A DNA stretch of 58,083 nt from a virus (taxonomy: Duplodnaviria > Caudoviricetes). The position numbers and the translations under genes were made by a program. Below, one piece after another: positions 10,186 through 19,748 of the stretch; within the stretch, counting starts at the first letter, position 1, and the number at the start of each line of letters is the position of its first letter. The stretch spans positions 1-58,083 of IMG/VR virus record IMGVR_UViG_3300024344_000012, one strand, 5' to 3'. Below the pieces are notes generated by a model. The model worked only from the letters and a program-made list of their open reading frames with translations, had not been told where the DNA came from and searched no databases.

Positions 10186-11469
10186 GTGAAATTCATAGAG
10201 AATAGTTCGGAATTTAATGCTTTTTTGTACGAATATGAAGAAGCAAATGAAATTATCGCAATCCCCATTCCTACCGATCATAAAAAACATCCAGTAGAAA
10301 CAAAGTTATCCTTTCTTTTTTTATTAGTTGATGGTAGTGCATTTCTATTACCATACAATCATACCGATGCTATGTGTCTACAATTTGGTGATTTGAGGAT
10401 ACTCAATAATAAAAATAAATCATTATATACTCTTGATAAAAAACACACATATCATCTCACAAAATTAAACAATCTTATTGATGTAAATCTACTTAATTAT
10501 TGGAATACAGGTGAGAAAACTGATTTCGATTTGTATTCTGATGATATAATTCGCCATTATCATATGAAGCATCATGAGAAAAAAGATATAAATGCGTCTA
10601 TTCCTATAATGAGATTTACCTCACACCTGTACAAGATAGCAACAGGAATGCAGGTTATCGTCTCAAAATACGACACTCCTGACATCTTGACATACAATGA
10701 TGATATGTTTGACAACTTTACATACATTGAAAAAAATGGTTTACAAACAACCGATGGAGTGGTATATTCAGAGTACAATCCATTCACATCTACAGGTCGT
10801 CCATCCAATAGATTTGGTGGAATTAACTTTGCGGCACTAAATAAGAATGATGGTAGTAGAGAAAAATTCATTAGTAGATTTGGTGGTGAGGGTAAATTAG
10901 TTGAGTTTGATTATGATGCATATCACTTGAGATTGATTGCAGAGAAAGTGGATTATAAATTTTCAGATGAATCAGTTCACCAACATTTTGCGGACAGATT
11001 TGATATAAGTTATAAGGAAGCAAAAGGTCTTTCATTTCAATATTTATATGGTTTTATTCCTGATGATATAGCAGAGAGTATAGATTACTTTGGTAAGGTA
11101 AAGGACTTCACTAATAAACTATGGCAACTCTATAAGCAAGAGAATTTTATCAAATCAGATATTTATAGTAGACAAATAAGAGGAAATGATTTTAACGCAA
11201 ATAAGTTATTTAACTATTATATTCAGTTACTTGAGACAGAATCGAATGCATTAGTTATAAAGGATGTAAGAAAAATAATGGAAAAATATAAGAGTAAGTT
11301 TGTATTATATAGTTATGATTCGTTTCTGTTTGATATGCACATTGACGATGGATTACCACTTCTTACAGAAATAAAAGAAGTTTTAGAGAGAGGTAAGTAT
11401 CCAGTTAAAGCTGCGTGGGGAAATAATTATGATGAACTTATTGATATAACGGAGAAGTTTGTTGATTAA
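10186..11469 (+). CDS. Short family-A DNA polymerase-like protein lacking the thumb subdomain
   Basis: T.TGRPSN, motif A EFDYDAYHLRLI, motif B KEAKGLSFQYLYG, motif C YSYDSFLFD; only 427 aa. Confidence 0.75.
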   Translation: MKFIENSSEFNAFLYEYEEANEIIAIPIPTDHKKHPVETKLSFLFLLVDGSAFLLPYNHTDAMCLQFGDLRILNNKNKSLYTLDKKHTYHLTKLNNLIDVNLLNYWNTGEKTDFDLYSDDIIRHYHMKHHEKKDINASIPIMRFTSHLYKIATGMQVIVSKYDTPDILTYNDDMFDNFTYIEKNGLQTTDGVVYSEYNPFTSTGRPSNRFGGINFAALNKNDGSREKFISRFGGEGKLVEFDYDAYHLRLIAEKVDYKFSDESVHQHFADRFDISYKEAKGLSFQYLYGFIPDDIAESIDYFGKVKDFTNKLWQLYKQENFIKSDIYSRQIRGNDFNANKLFNYYIQLLETESNALVIKDVRKIMEKYKSKFVLYSYDSFLFDMHIDDGLPLLTEIKEVLERGKYPVKAAWGNNYDELIDITEKFVD

Positions 11470-12406
11470 ACTTAAAAATTTATTGATGGAATCCACTTAT
11501 GCACCCTCTAAACAAGCTGGGCCGAGTTGGATAGATAATAAGTGGTATCCTGCTCATACAAAATCCGTATTAAATTGGGTACGTAGAAAAGAATATATAC
11601 CTCTTACACCTGCAGTTGTGGAGAAAGCACTTGGTAAAAAGATACCTGTAAAATCATTTCACATTACAGGACCAGATGGAATAAGACAACTCAAAAATGT
11701 TCTTGGAAGAAAAAAATCCATATCTACGTTTACAGCAACTCACGAATCTGAAGCATTAGCTAAAGGTCGTGGTGTTCAAACAGGTATGGGTGGTGTTATT
11801 TGTTTTGTAGAGGGACATTTATTAGCACAAAGAAGTATGGATTTTGATACCGTACCTGATAAACAAGGTCGTAGATGGGTAAGTTCTTTTCACGTGTTTG
11901 ATAAGGATAAGATGATATGGACAAATGCTTTGAAAGCTGCAAAAATTGATTATGATTCTATTGATTCTAAATTGTTTAAAATAGAAAGAGAATATCACGA
12001 TAGATGGATGGACTTACCCCGAACTGATCCTAATCATCTTACATGGGAAGAGTATAAAAAAGAATCTAAAAAGGCACAAGGGCCTGTAGTTGCAAAATAT
12101 GTAAAAGATTTTATTGATGTGGCAAACAAAACTCTAATCAAACATAAAAAAATATTCAGAAAGAGTTTGATTGATTCTGATGTTAATAAAAAAAGTGCTT
12201 GGTGGAATGAAATTCTTGTTTATGATACAAAGATAATAGATATATTTGTAATGCAAAGAGTATTGGATAATAGTGTATTGGCTAAAGTTGAAATAGAAAG
12301 ATTATTATCAACAGCAAGTGGTAACAAACCAATAACTATTGGTTCACCTGCTCAGTTTAGAAAATGGTTCAAAGAACGAAAGGGTAAAATTCACAAGGGA
12401 CAATAA
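11459..12406 (+). CDS. Probable internal virion protein, candidate ADP-ribosyltransferase fold
   Basis: N-terminus MLIKLKNLLMES; FHIT ... SISTFT ... WNEILV in ART-like order. Confidence 0.35.
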   Translation: MLIKLKNLLMESTYAPSKQAGPSWIDNKWYPAHTKSVLNWVRRKEYIPLTPAVVEKALGKKIPVKSFHITGPDGIRQLKNVLGRKKSISTFTATHESEALAKGRGVQTGMGGVICFVEGHLLAQRSMDFDTVPDKQGRRWVSSFHVFDKDKMIWTNALKAAKIDYDSIDSKLFKIEREYHDRWMDLPRTDPNHLTWEEYKKESKKAQGPVVAKYVKDFIDVANKTLIKHKKIFRKSLIDSDVNKKSAWWNEILVYDTKIIDIFVMQRVLDNSVLAKVEIERLLSTASGNKPITIGSPAQFRKWFKERKGKIHKGQ

Positions 12407-14571
12407 TGGATTGGAATAAATTTTTTAACGATTTCGCAGATAAGTACTATTCAGTACCCGACTTCACTAATGAAGAACACGTGTATGCCCTACAAAACTA
12501 TCTAATAGAACAAGGTATGTTAATAGAGGATGTTGACTATGCTATCAAAACTCTTTTGTTTGAAGCACCAAATAAACCTGTGGATGATAAGGTTAAACAA
12601 CAAGCTAAAAAATTAGGATTAGTATGGAAAAGAGTTGGTTATGGTAAAGAGGGTGAAAAAGGAATTACTCATAAAGTAAAAGATGGTAAACTTGAACCTG
12701 TAGGTGATGAAGAACCTAAAGATGATAAAGAGAAAAAGGATAAAGAGGATGATGACAGACCTATAAATCTTGCTAAAGGTGGTAAGGTAGATGCACAATT
12801 AGGTGGTGATAGAGATGCAGCTGCTATGGATATGATGGATAAGGATGATGTTGGTAAAACTATACAAGACGAAAAGACACATAAAAATGTATCCGCTTCA
12901 AAAAAGAAATATGAAGAAAGAAGAGATAATTTATCTGAAAAGCAACAAAACTTGATGGATGAAGCTTTCAAAGTTATGTCAGTATTATATAATGAAGACT
13001 CCAGTAGAGGAAAAAAGAGAAGAGCAGCAAAGTGGTTGGTAAAGAATTTAAAAATGTCTACCAATGCTAATGGTAAAAAAGCTTATTTTAATACGCTTGG
13101 TGGAAATAGAAAAATTATTTCTGGAACTGCTGGAACAAAAGCATCTGAAGATTTAGTTAATCAAGTTAGAAAGTATACAAGTTTAGATGAATTTGATTCA
13201 AAAGGAATAACTACAAAATTATCTTCAGCTGCAAAACCTGATTTAGGAAAAGAAAATGTAATATTACCTAAAAATAGTAAAGTAGTTGATAACTTTTTTA
13301 GAAATCATCCAGTTACAAGTAGAGTTCGTGATGGTTTGTGGGGTGTTTTTGGTGTAAAAGATGTTGATGGTAGTATAAAAATGCCAAGTAGTGATCATAG
13401 TAAAGAATATTTAGAACAAAGTTTTAATAATCCAGCATTACAAAATACCATAAATGCAGCATCAGAGTATGTTAAAAATGGTAATGTAGATAAGGGAGTT
13501 GTAAAAGCTTTACAGAGACATCAGAAAAGACTTAGTAGAATTACATCTAAATATGATATACCAAGTGATGAGGCATCTGAAGCAGTAGGTAAAAGTTATA
13601 ATGAAATGATGGTAGGATTGCACGAATCAGATAGTGAAGTTGCTTCAGCTATTATGAAACAATTAGCAGAAAATAGATTATATGAAGAAGAATTAGCTAA
13701 AGGTGAAGAAGTTTATTTACCATCAAACGGTTCTTTTCCTGGTGGGGATAAAATTAAAGTTGATGGTTTAGAGAGAGTTACTTTGGTTAGTGTTAAATGG
13801 GGAAAAGCAGGAAGAACATATGGTTGTCCAGCAAATGCTAAAGCAGTAACTTCATTACATCCTGATGAGAAAAAGAGATTTAATCAAGGACAATATGTTG
13901 GTGAAGATGGACATACATTATTAATAACTGATGATTTAATCAAAGGTGATAGTAAAGAAGAAACTATAAAAAAGACAGACGATTTTATAAACAGTACATT
14001 AGGTGAAGTTGCTTTGGGTAGTGTATTGGATGAAAATGAAAGAAAAACAGTAGCATCCACTTGTTCAGATTATATGGATGAAATAGATAGAATAAAGAAA
14101 GAAGTAAAAGATACTAATCCAGCAGACGCTACTGATTATTGGAAAAGATTTAATGTTAAATTAAAAGAAATTGAACAAGACTATAAAGATAAAATGAGAG
14201 ATGTTTTTGATGATGATAAAATAGCAGCTCTTGTTGGTGAAAATAATGTAGTTAACTTTAAAAATCATACAAGTCCAGATGTAATATTAGGTATAATAGA
14301 AATCGCTAATAACATAAGGACATCACAAGGTTATGGTTTATCACACAATAAACAATATTATGACAAGGAAGGAAATCCACAATCTAAAACAGATGTAGGA
14401 ACAACCGATCCAAATGATTATGCGTTAAGACCAAGAAATAAAAGAACTGCAGGTAGAGCTGGTGGTGGAATACAATTATCATTTACAGGTGATGGAAAAT
14501 CAGCAGATGTAGAATTAACAGATAATGGTTCAAGAGTAGATGCTAAAACTGGAAAAATAAACGAGATTTAA
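12406..14571 (+). CDS. Large probable internal virion protein with possible PD-(D/E)xK-like domain
   Basis: N-terminal PDF.N.EH+..L..L.E and LxE sites, charged linker, YLPSNGSFPGGD...VSVK. Confidence 0.35.
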   Translation: MDWNKFFNDFADKYYSVPDFTNEEHVYALQNYLIEQGMLIEDVDYAIKTLLFEAPNKPVDDKVKQQAKKLGLVWKRVGYGKEGEKGITHKVKDGKLEPVGDEEPKDDKEKKDKEDDDRPINLAKGGKVDAQLGGDRDAAAMDMMDKDDVGKTIQDEKTHKNVSASKKKYEERRDNLSEKQQNLMDEAFKVMSVLYNEDSSRGKKRRAAKWLVKNLKMSTNANGKKAYFNTLGGNRKIISGTAGTKASEDLVNQVRKYTSLDEFDSKGITTKLSSAAKPDLGKENVILPKNSKVVDNFFRNHPVTSRVRDGLWGVFGVKDVDGSIKMPSSDHSKEYLEQSFNNPALQNTINAASEYVKNGNVDKGVVKALQRHQKRLSRITSKYDIPSDEASEAVGKSYNEMMVGLHESDSEVASAIMKQLAENRLYEEELAKGEEVYLPSNGSFPGGDKIKVDGLERVTLVSVKWGKAGRTYGCPANAKAVTSLHPDEKKRFNQGQYVGEDGHTLLITDDLIKGDSKEETIKKTDDFINSTLGEVALGSVLDENERKTVASTCSDYMDEIDRIKKEVKDTNPADATDYWKRFNVKLKEIEQDYKDKMRDVFDDDKIAALVGENNVVNFKNHTSPDVILGIIEIANNIRTSQGYGLSHNKQYYDKEGNPQSKTDVGTTDPNDYALRPRNKRTAGRAGGGIQLSFTGDGKSADVELTDNGSRVDAKTGKINEI

Positions 14572-14572
14572 T

Positions 14573-14995
14573 ATGAAAACACAACTATTAGCAACATTTT
14601 GCAAAAGAAATAGATTATACGAAACAATAGATTTGATTATAGCTTGTAACGATATAGTATTCGACAAGATATATGTATTTCAGAACGAAAACGATTATCA
14701 TCAATTGATATGTACATACAATGTAGAAGCAACTGATGACTATGTTGAAAGTTCAGTAGATACTATTTCCATACATAGAAAGAAACAATCAAATTCTTTA
14801 TACACAATTAATGCACTTAATGAGTTAGTTAAGAAACTAAACAATGGTGTATTAGATAATTCATTTCCAATACCCTGGGAGAACTACAGAAATCGCATGT
14901 TATTGACAAATGAAGAGGGACTATATGAAATACCAACAAGGGTATATTCAATAATCCACACAAAAACATGGAAATCTGATTTAGATGAAAAATAA
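14573..14995 (+). CDS. Hypothetical phage protein
   Basis: 140 aa; TQLLATF...CTYN...HRKKQSNSLYTINALN. Confidence 0.6.
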   Translation: MKTQLLATFCKRNRLYETIDLIIACNDIVFDKIYVFQNENDYHQLICTYNVEATDDYVESSVDTISIHRKKQSNSLYTINALNELVKKLNNGVLDNSFPIPWENYRNRMLLTNEEGLYEIPTRVYSIIHTKTWKSDLDEK

Positions 14996-15002
14996 ATTAC
15001 AT

Positions 15003-15028
15003 TTTGGGAAATATATATAATACTTATA
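15003..15028 (+). promoter_or_regulatory. Bipartite phage promoter, class B (TTTG-N13-ATACTTATA)
   Basis: tttg ggaaatatatata atacttata, intergenic, upstream of ssb. Confidence 0.6.
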
Positions 15029-15100
15029 TATGTATGAAAACGGTTACAAATAAATTAGTAACAATTAAACAATTAATGAATAACAAATAGGAGATATCTA

Positions 15101-15856
15101 ATGGATATTAACGCATTGAAGAAGCGTCTAGGTCAACTTCAAATCACAAACAATCGCACATCAAATCTTTGGAAGCCATCCCCTGGCACAACTCAAGTAA
15201 GAATCGTACCTTATAAATTTAATAAGGACAATCCTTTCATTGAATTGTTTTTCCATTATGATTTGGGTAGAAAATCTTATCTTTCACCAATGTCATTTGG
15301 TCGTCCAGACCCAATCGAAGAGTTTTCTCAAAAACTTAAAGCTTCGGGTAACAAGGAAGACTATCGTTTAGCTCGTAAAATCGAGTCTAAGATGAGAACT
15401 TTTGCTCCAGTAATCATTCGTGGTGAAGAAAGTCAAGGTGTGAAGTTTTGGGGTTTTGGCAAAACAGTTTATCAAGAACTGCTTTCCATTATCGCTGATC
15501 CTGATTATGGTGATATTACCGATCAAATGAATGGTCGTGATATTACTGTAGAGTTCAAGACAGCAGAAGAAGTTGGAGCTTCGTTTCCAAAAACAACAAT
15601 CAGGGTTAAACCAAATCAAACCCCGATTACAGAAGATGCAACTCTTCTTGAGAATCTAATGGACAACCAAAAGGATATTACTGAAATATATCAGGAACAA
15701 ACTTATGAGGAACTTACTGAAGTTCTGAATAATTGGTTAAATCCAGATGAATCTGAAGAATCGCAAGAAGAATCTGTAACTGAATCTAAAGCTTCACCTA
15801 AAGAAGAAGTTAAAGAGGATGTATCAGCAGCATTTGACGATCTGTTTAATAACTAA
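15101..15856 (+). CDS. ssb: Single-stranded DNA-binding protein, T4 gp32-like
   Basis: LWKP, VRIVP, DPIEE, GVKFWGFGKTVY, acidic tail ending FDDLFNN; AGGAG SD. Confidence 0.85.
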   Translation: MDINALKKRLGQLQITNNRTSNLWKPSPGTTQVRIVPYKFNKDNPFIELFFHYDLGRKSYLSPMSFGRPDPIEEFSQKLKASGNKEDYRLARKIESKMRTFAPVIIRGEESQGVKFWGFGKTVYQELLSIIADPDYGDITDQMNGRDITVEFKTAEEVGASFPKTTIRVKPNQTPITEDATLLENLMDNQKDITEIYQEQTYEELTEVLNNWLNPDESEESQEESVTESKASPKEEVKEDVSAAFDDLFNN

Positions 15857-15873
15857 TAAAAAACAAGTAAGTT

Positions 15874-15903
15874 GGGGGGTGGGAGTTCCGACTTTCGCTC
15901 CCC
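15874..15903 (+). other. GC-rich intergenic RNA hairpin (13-bp stem with G.U pairs, UCCG loop)
   Basis: ggggggtgggagt-tccg-actttcgctcccc; no U-tract follows. Confidence 0.65.
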
Positions 15904-15930
15904 TAAGTTATACAAATTTAGGAGAAGTTT

Positions 15931-17028
15931 ATGTCAACAAGAGACGATTTGGCAGGGCAACTTGCCGCTAGTCTAAATAAAACTTTTAAAGATACCAAAG
16001 TTGCATACTTTCTTGATGGTAGTGATACAACACCTACAGATATAAAAGAATTTATTTCTACGGGATCTACATTATTGGATTTAGCCATTTCAAATAGACC
16101 AAATGGTGGAATAGCAGTAGGTAGGATATCAGAACTTAATGGATTAGAATCAAGTGGTAAATCTTTAGTTGGTGCACATCTTTTAGCTGAAACTCAGAAA
16201 AAAGGTGGTGTAGCAGTCTATATTGATACTGAAACTGCAGTAAGTCAAGACTTTTTAAAAGTTATTGGTGTCGATATTAATAATATGTTGTATCTACATT
16301 TAGAAACTGTCGAAGATATATTCGCAGCAGTAGAAGAGATTGTGGCAAAAGTTAGAGAATCAGATAAAGATAGGTTAGTAACTATTCTTGTAGATTCACT
16401 TGCAGCTGCATCAACAAATGTAGAGATGGAAGCTGACTTTGATAAAGATGGTTGGGCTACATCAAAAGCAATTATTATTTCAAAAGCATTAAGAAAAATA
16501 ACTCAAATGATTGGTAGACAAAGGGTAGCTCTTGTGTTTACAAATCAGTTAAGACAAAAATTAGGTGTGATGTTTGGTGATCCTTGGACTACAAGTGGTG
16601 GTAAAGCATTACCATTCCACGCATCTACAAGAGTTAGATTGAAAAACAAAGGTCAAATCAAAGATAAAAAGAATCACGTTATTGGTATGACTATACTTGC
16701 ACAAGTTGTCAAGAATAGATTAGGTCCACCTTTGAGAAGTTGTGAGTTTCCTTTATACTTTGAGAGTGGTATTGATGATGTAGGTAGTTGGTTAAAAGTA
16801 ATGAAAGACCATAAGATTGTAAAACAAGCTGGTGCATGGTACACACTTACAGACCATTTAGGACAAGAACACAAATTTCAATCAAAAGAATTCGGTGATA
16901 AACTATCAGATCCAGATTTCAAATCATTCGTTTACGAACAAATATGTGATAAAGTTATACTAAAATATGATATGAAAGATTTGGGAATTGATGATGTAGT
17001 TGAAACGGAAGAGGTAGTTGGTGAGTGA
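15931..17028 (+). CDS. recA: RecA/UvsX recombinase
   Basis: STGSTLLD, Walker A GLESSGKS, YIDTE, VDSLAA, NQLR, GGKALPFHAS, VVKNR. Confidence 0.95.
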   Translation: MSTRDDLAGQLAASLNKTFKDTKVAYFLDGSDTTPTDIKEFISTGSTLLDLAISNRPNGGIAVGRISELNGLESSGKSLVGAHLLAETQKKGGVAVYIDTETAVSQDFLKVIGVDINNMLYLHLETVEDIFAAVEEIVAKVRESDKDRLVTILVDSLAAASTNVEMEADFDKDGWATSKAIIISKALRKITQMIGRQRVALVFTNQLRQKLGVMFGDPWTTSGGKALPFHASTRVRLKNKGQIKDKKNHVIGMTILAQVVKNRLGPPLRSCEFPLYFESGIDDVGSWLKVMKDHKIVKQAGAWYTLTDHLGQEHKFQSKEFGDKLSDPDFKSFVYEQICDKVILKYDMKDLGIDDVVETEEVVGE

Positions 17029-18089
17029 TGTCGAATGCCAGATACCTTTCCATCCTGAATGAGATAAAGAAAAAAGGTGGTTCTGTTAACTTTCAGAACA
17101 CAAACAAAAAAGTGCTAATAGTTGACGGCTTGAATACTTTTATAAGAGTGTTCAGCGTAATGCCAACTCTAAACGAAAACGGCGTTCATGTTGGTGGCAT
17201 TGTTGGTTTCCTTAAAAGCATAGGATTTGCCATTAATATGTTTAATCCCACCCGTACTATCATCGTGTTTGACGGTAAGGGTGGGAGCAATCGCCGCCGT
17301 AAATTATATTCCGATTATAAAAATAAACGTAGAACGTCTTATAGAGTTAATAGAGTAGCTGGATTAGAAAATGTAGAAGACGAAAGACGAAATATGTTAA
17401 TGCAACTTAGAAGAGTTGCAGACTATCTTGAATTATTACCACTAACTACTATATCTGTAGATGGTATCGAAGCAGATGATGCTATAGCTTATATCGCAAA
17501 GAGTGTAATACCTGATGGTGAAAAAGTAATTATGTCAACCGACAAAGATTTCCTACAATTAGTATCAGACGATATCAAAGTTTGGTCTCCCACTAAGAAA
17601 AAATTATACGACAAAGAAGCAGTTTTAGAAGAGTATTGTGTAACTGCAGAGAACTTTATTATGGCTAAAATATTTGAGGGTGATAAATCTGATAATATAG
17701 ATGGTGTAAAAGGAATAGCTACTAAAACATTAGTAAAAAATATACCAACTTTGGGAGAAGAGAATAATAATTATAGTTTACAGGAGATATATAAATACGC
17801 ACATAAACACAAAGATGATGATGGTAATTTCTTTGTCAAAATATTACAGAACAAAAAATTACTTGAACGAAATTATAAGTTGATGCAGTTAGAAGATGTA
17901 AACATAAGTGCTTCAACTAAAACTAAATTAATTGACACAATCAGAGGTCCTATCAGAAGATTAGTTAAATATAAATTCGAATCCATGTTCATGGAAGACA
18001 GATTATTTCAAAATCTACCTAATGTCAGTAGTTGGTTAGCTCAAACATTTACCACTATGGATAAATACGCGGAGCAAACTGATGGGTAG
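17028..18089 (+). CDS. 5'-3' exonuclease / flap endonuclease (T4 RNase H-like)
   Basis: IVDGLN, VFDG, YK..R, EADDAI, STDKDFLQL, GDKSDNIDGVKGI. Confidence 0.93.
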   Translation: MSNARYLSILNEIKKKGGSVNFQNTNKKVLIVDGLNTFIRVFSVMPTLNENGVHVGGIVGFLKSIGFAINMFNPTRTIIVFDGKGGSNRRRKLYSDYKNKRRTSYRVNRVAGLENVEDERRNMLMQLRRVADYLELLPLTTISVDGIEADDAIAYIAKSVIPDGEKVIMSTDKDFLQLVSDDIKVWSPTKKKLYDKEAVLEEYCVTAENFIMAKIFEGDKSDNIDGVKGIATKTLVKNIPTLGEENNNYSLQEIYKYAHKHKDDDGNFFVKILQNKKLLERNYKLMQLEDVNISASTKTKLIDTIRGPIRRLVKYKFESMFMEDRLFQNLPNVSSWLAQTFTTMDKYAEQTDG

Positions 18090-18264
18090 AAAAAAAATGT
18101 ATTTTACAGCAAAAGAGAAGAAAGAAGCTCAGAGAAAATGGCAAATGGATTACTACTACAGAAATAAAGATACCATTTTGAAGAAGATGAAAGATAAGTA
18201 TAGACAGAAGAAATTAAATTTATCCAAAACACAACTTACGAAAGACATATATGGAGAACAATAG
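18082..18264 (+). CDS. Small basic hypothetical protein
   Basis: 60 aa Lys/Arg-rich ORF overlapping both neighbours. Confidence 0.55.
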   Translation: MGRKKMYFTAKEKKEAQRKWQMDYYYRNKDTILKKMKDKYRQKKLNLSKTQLTKDIYGEQ

Positions 18265-19627
18265 CTCTTTAGTTGAATTTGGAACATCATTCCAATCTAA
18301 AGTTATAGCATCATGTTTAATTGATTCTACATTCCTACAGACTATTATGGAAGTTCTTCAGCCAGAGTATTTTGAATCGGATTCAAATAAATGGTTAGTT
18401 CAAGAAATAAATAAGTATTTTCTAAAATATAAAACTACACCTACATTGGAAGCTATTAAGATAGCAGTTGATGATGTTGAGAATGATGTACTAAAAATAT
18501 CTGTTATAGAAGCACTTAAAGATGCTTGGAGACATAGAGAAGCAAATGATCTACAATTTGTTCAAGAAAAAACATTAGATTTCTGTAAAAATCAGGTTTT
18601 AAAATCTGCTATTATGGAATCTGTAACTCTATTAGAAAATCAAAACTATGATGGTATAAAAACAGTTATAGATACAGCTATGAAAGCTGGAACTGCTGTA
18701 GATATCGGTCATGATTATAATGTGGGTATTGAAGAGAGATTAACTAAGTCTACAAGAGTTACGATAAAAACGCCTTGGGATATCACAAATGAGATTATGG
18801 ATGGTGGTCTTGGTGAGGGTGAGTTAGGTGTTGTAGTTGCGCCAGCAGGTGTTGGTAAGACTTGGTTACTTCAGAGTATCGCTGCAGGTGCTTTGAAAAG
18901 AGGATTTACTGTAGTTCATTATACATTAGAATTGAATGAAACATATGTTGGTTTGAGATATGATACTGTTTTTAGTGGTATAACTACACAAAATATTAAG
19001 TTTCAAAAAGATGAAGTGAAGAAAATCATCGACTCTATTGAGGGTAAGATGATTATTAAATACTACCCAACAAGAGCAGCAACTGTCAATACACTTTCAG
19101 CACATCTAAAACAATTAGAACTAAAGAATATAAAACCTGATATGGTTATTGTTGATTACGCTGATATCTTGAGAGATAATAGTGGTATGAGAGAGGTAAG
19201 ACATCAGTTAGGTGCTGTATATGAAGATTTGAGAGGATTAGCTGGTGAGTTTAAAGTTCCAATATGGACTGCATCACAAGCAAATCGTTCAGCGTTAGAA
19301 GAAGAGGTGATAGAAGCAACAAAGATTGCAGAGGCATATAGTAAGATCATGATAGCTGATTTTGTATTGAGTATCAGTAGAAAAGCTGAAGATAAGTTAA
19401 GTCATACTGCAAGATGTCATATCATTAAGAATAGATTTGGTATTGATGGTATAACTTATCCAATGAGTATGAATACCAATCTTGGTAAGATAGAAATCTA
19501 TGAATCCACAACTGCACCAGGTAAAGAACAACAAGGTAAGATGGATAATAGTGAAGAATTTAAGAGAAAATTATTGGCAAGTAAGTATAATGATATGAAA
19601 AATAGTGAAGTCGAGGGCTTCGAATAA
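18251..19627 (+). CDS. dnaB: Replicative DnaB-like helicase (T4 gp41-like)
   Basis: Walker A APAGVGKT, YTLEL, IVDYAD, WTASQANR, KNRFG. Confidence 0.93.
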   Translation: MENNSSLVEFGTSFQSKVIASCLIDSTFLQTIMEVLQPEYFESDSNKWLVQEINKYFLKYKTTPTLEAIKIAVDDVENDVLKISVIEALKDAWRHREANDLQFVQEKTLDFCKNQVLKSAIMESVTLLENQNYDGIKTVIDTAMKAGTAVDIGHDYNVGIEERLTKSTRVTIKTPWDITNEIMDGGLGEGELGVVVAPAGVGKTWLLQSIAAGALKRGFTVVHYTLELNETYVGLRYDTVFSGITTQNIKFQKDEVKKIIDSIEGKMIIKYYPTRAATVNTLSAHLKQLELKNIKPDMVIVDYADILRDNSGMREVRHQLGAVYEDLRGLAGEFKVPIWTASQANRSALEEEVIEATKIAEAYSKIMIADFVLSISRKAEDKLSHTARCHIIKNRFGIDGITYPMSMNTNLGKIEIYESTTAPGKEQQGKMDNSEEFKRKLLASKYNDMKNSEVEGFE

Positions 19628-19748
19628 AACTAAAAAGAAAAAATTATTTAAATATCATAAAAATTTTAAATAGTTTGTTTTTAATCTGATATATATTATA
19701 GTTATCATTGTATAAAGTTTATAGGAAATAGGAGGAGCCAGAAAGTAG

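Noticed and set aside
15874-15910. Rho-independent terminator
   Set aside because: Hairpin is followed by TAAGTTATAC, not a U-tract; kept as a structural element instead
19628-19748. Cobalamin riboswitch or tRNA upstream of nrdJ
   Set aside because: Spacer is extremely AT-rich with no stems or B12-box; no tRNA cloverleaf seen anywhere in the window
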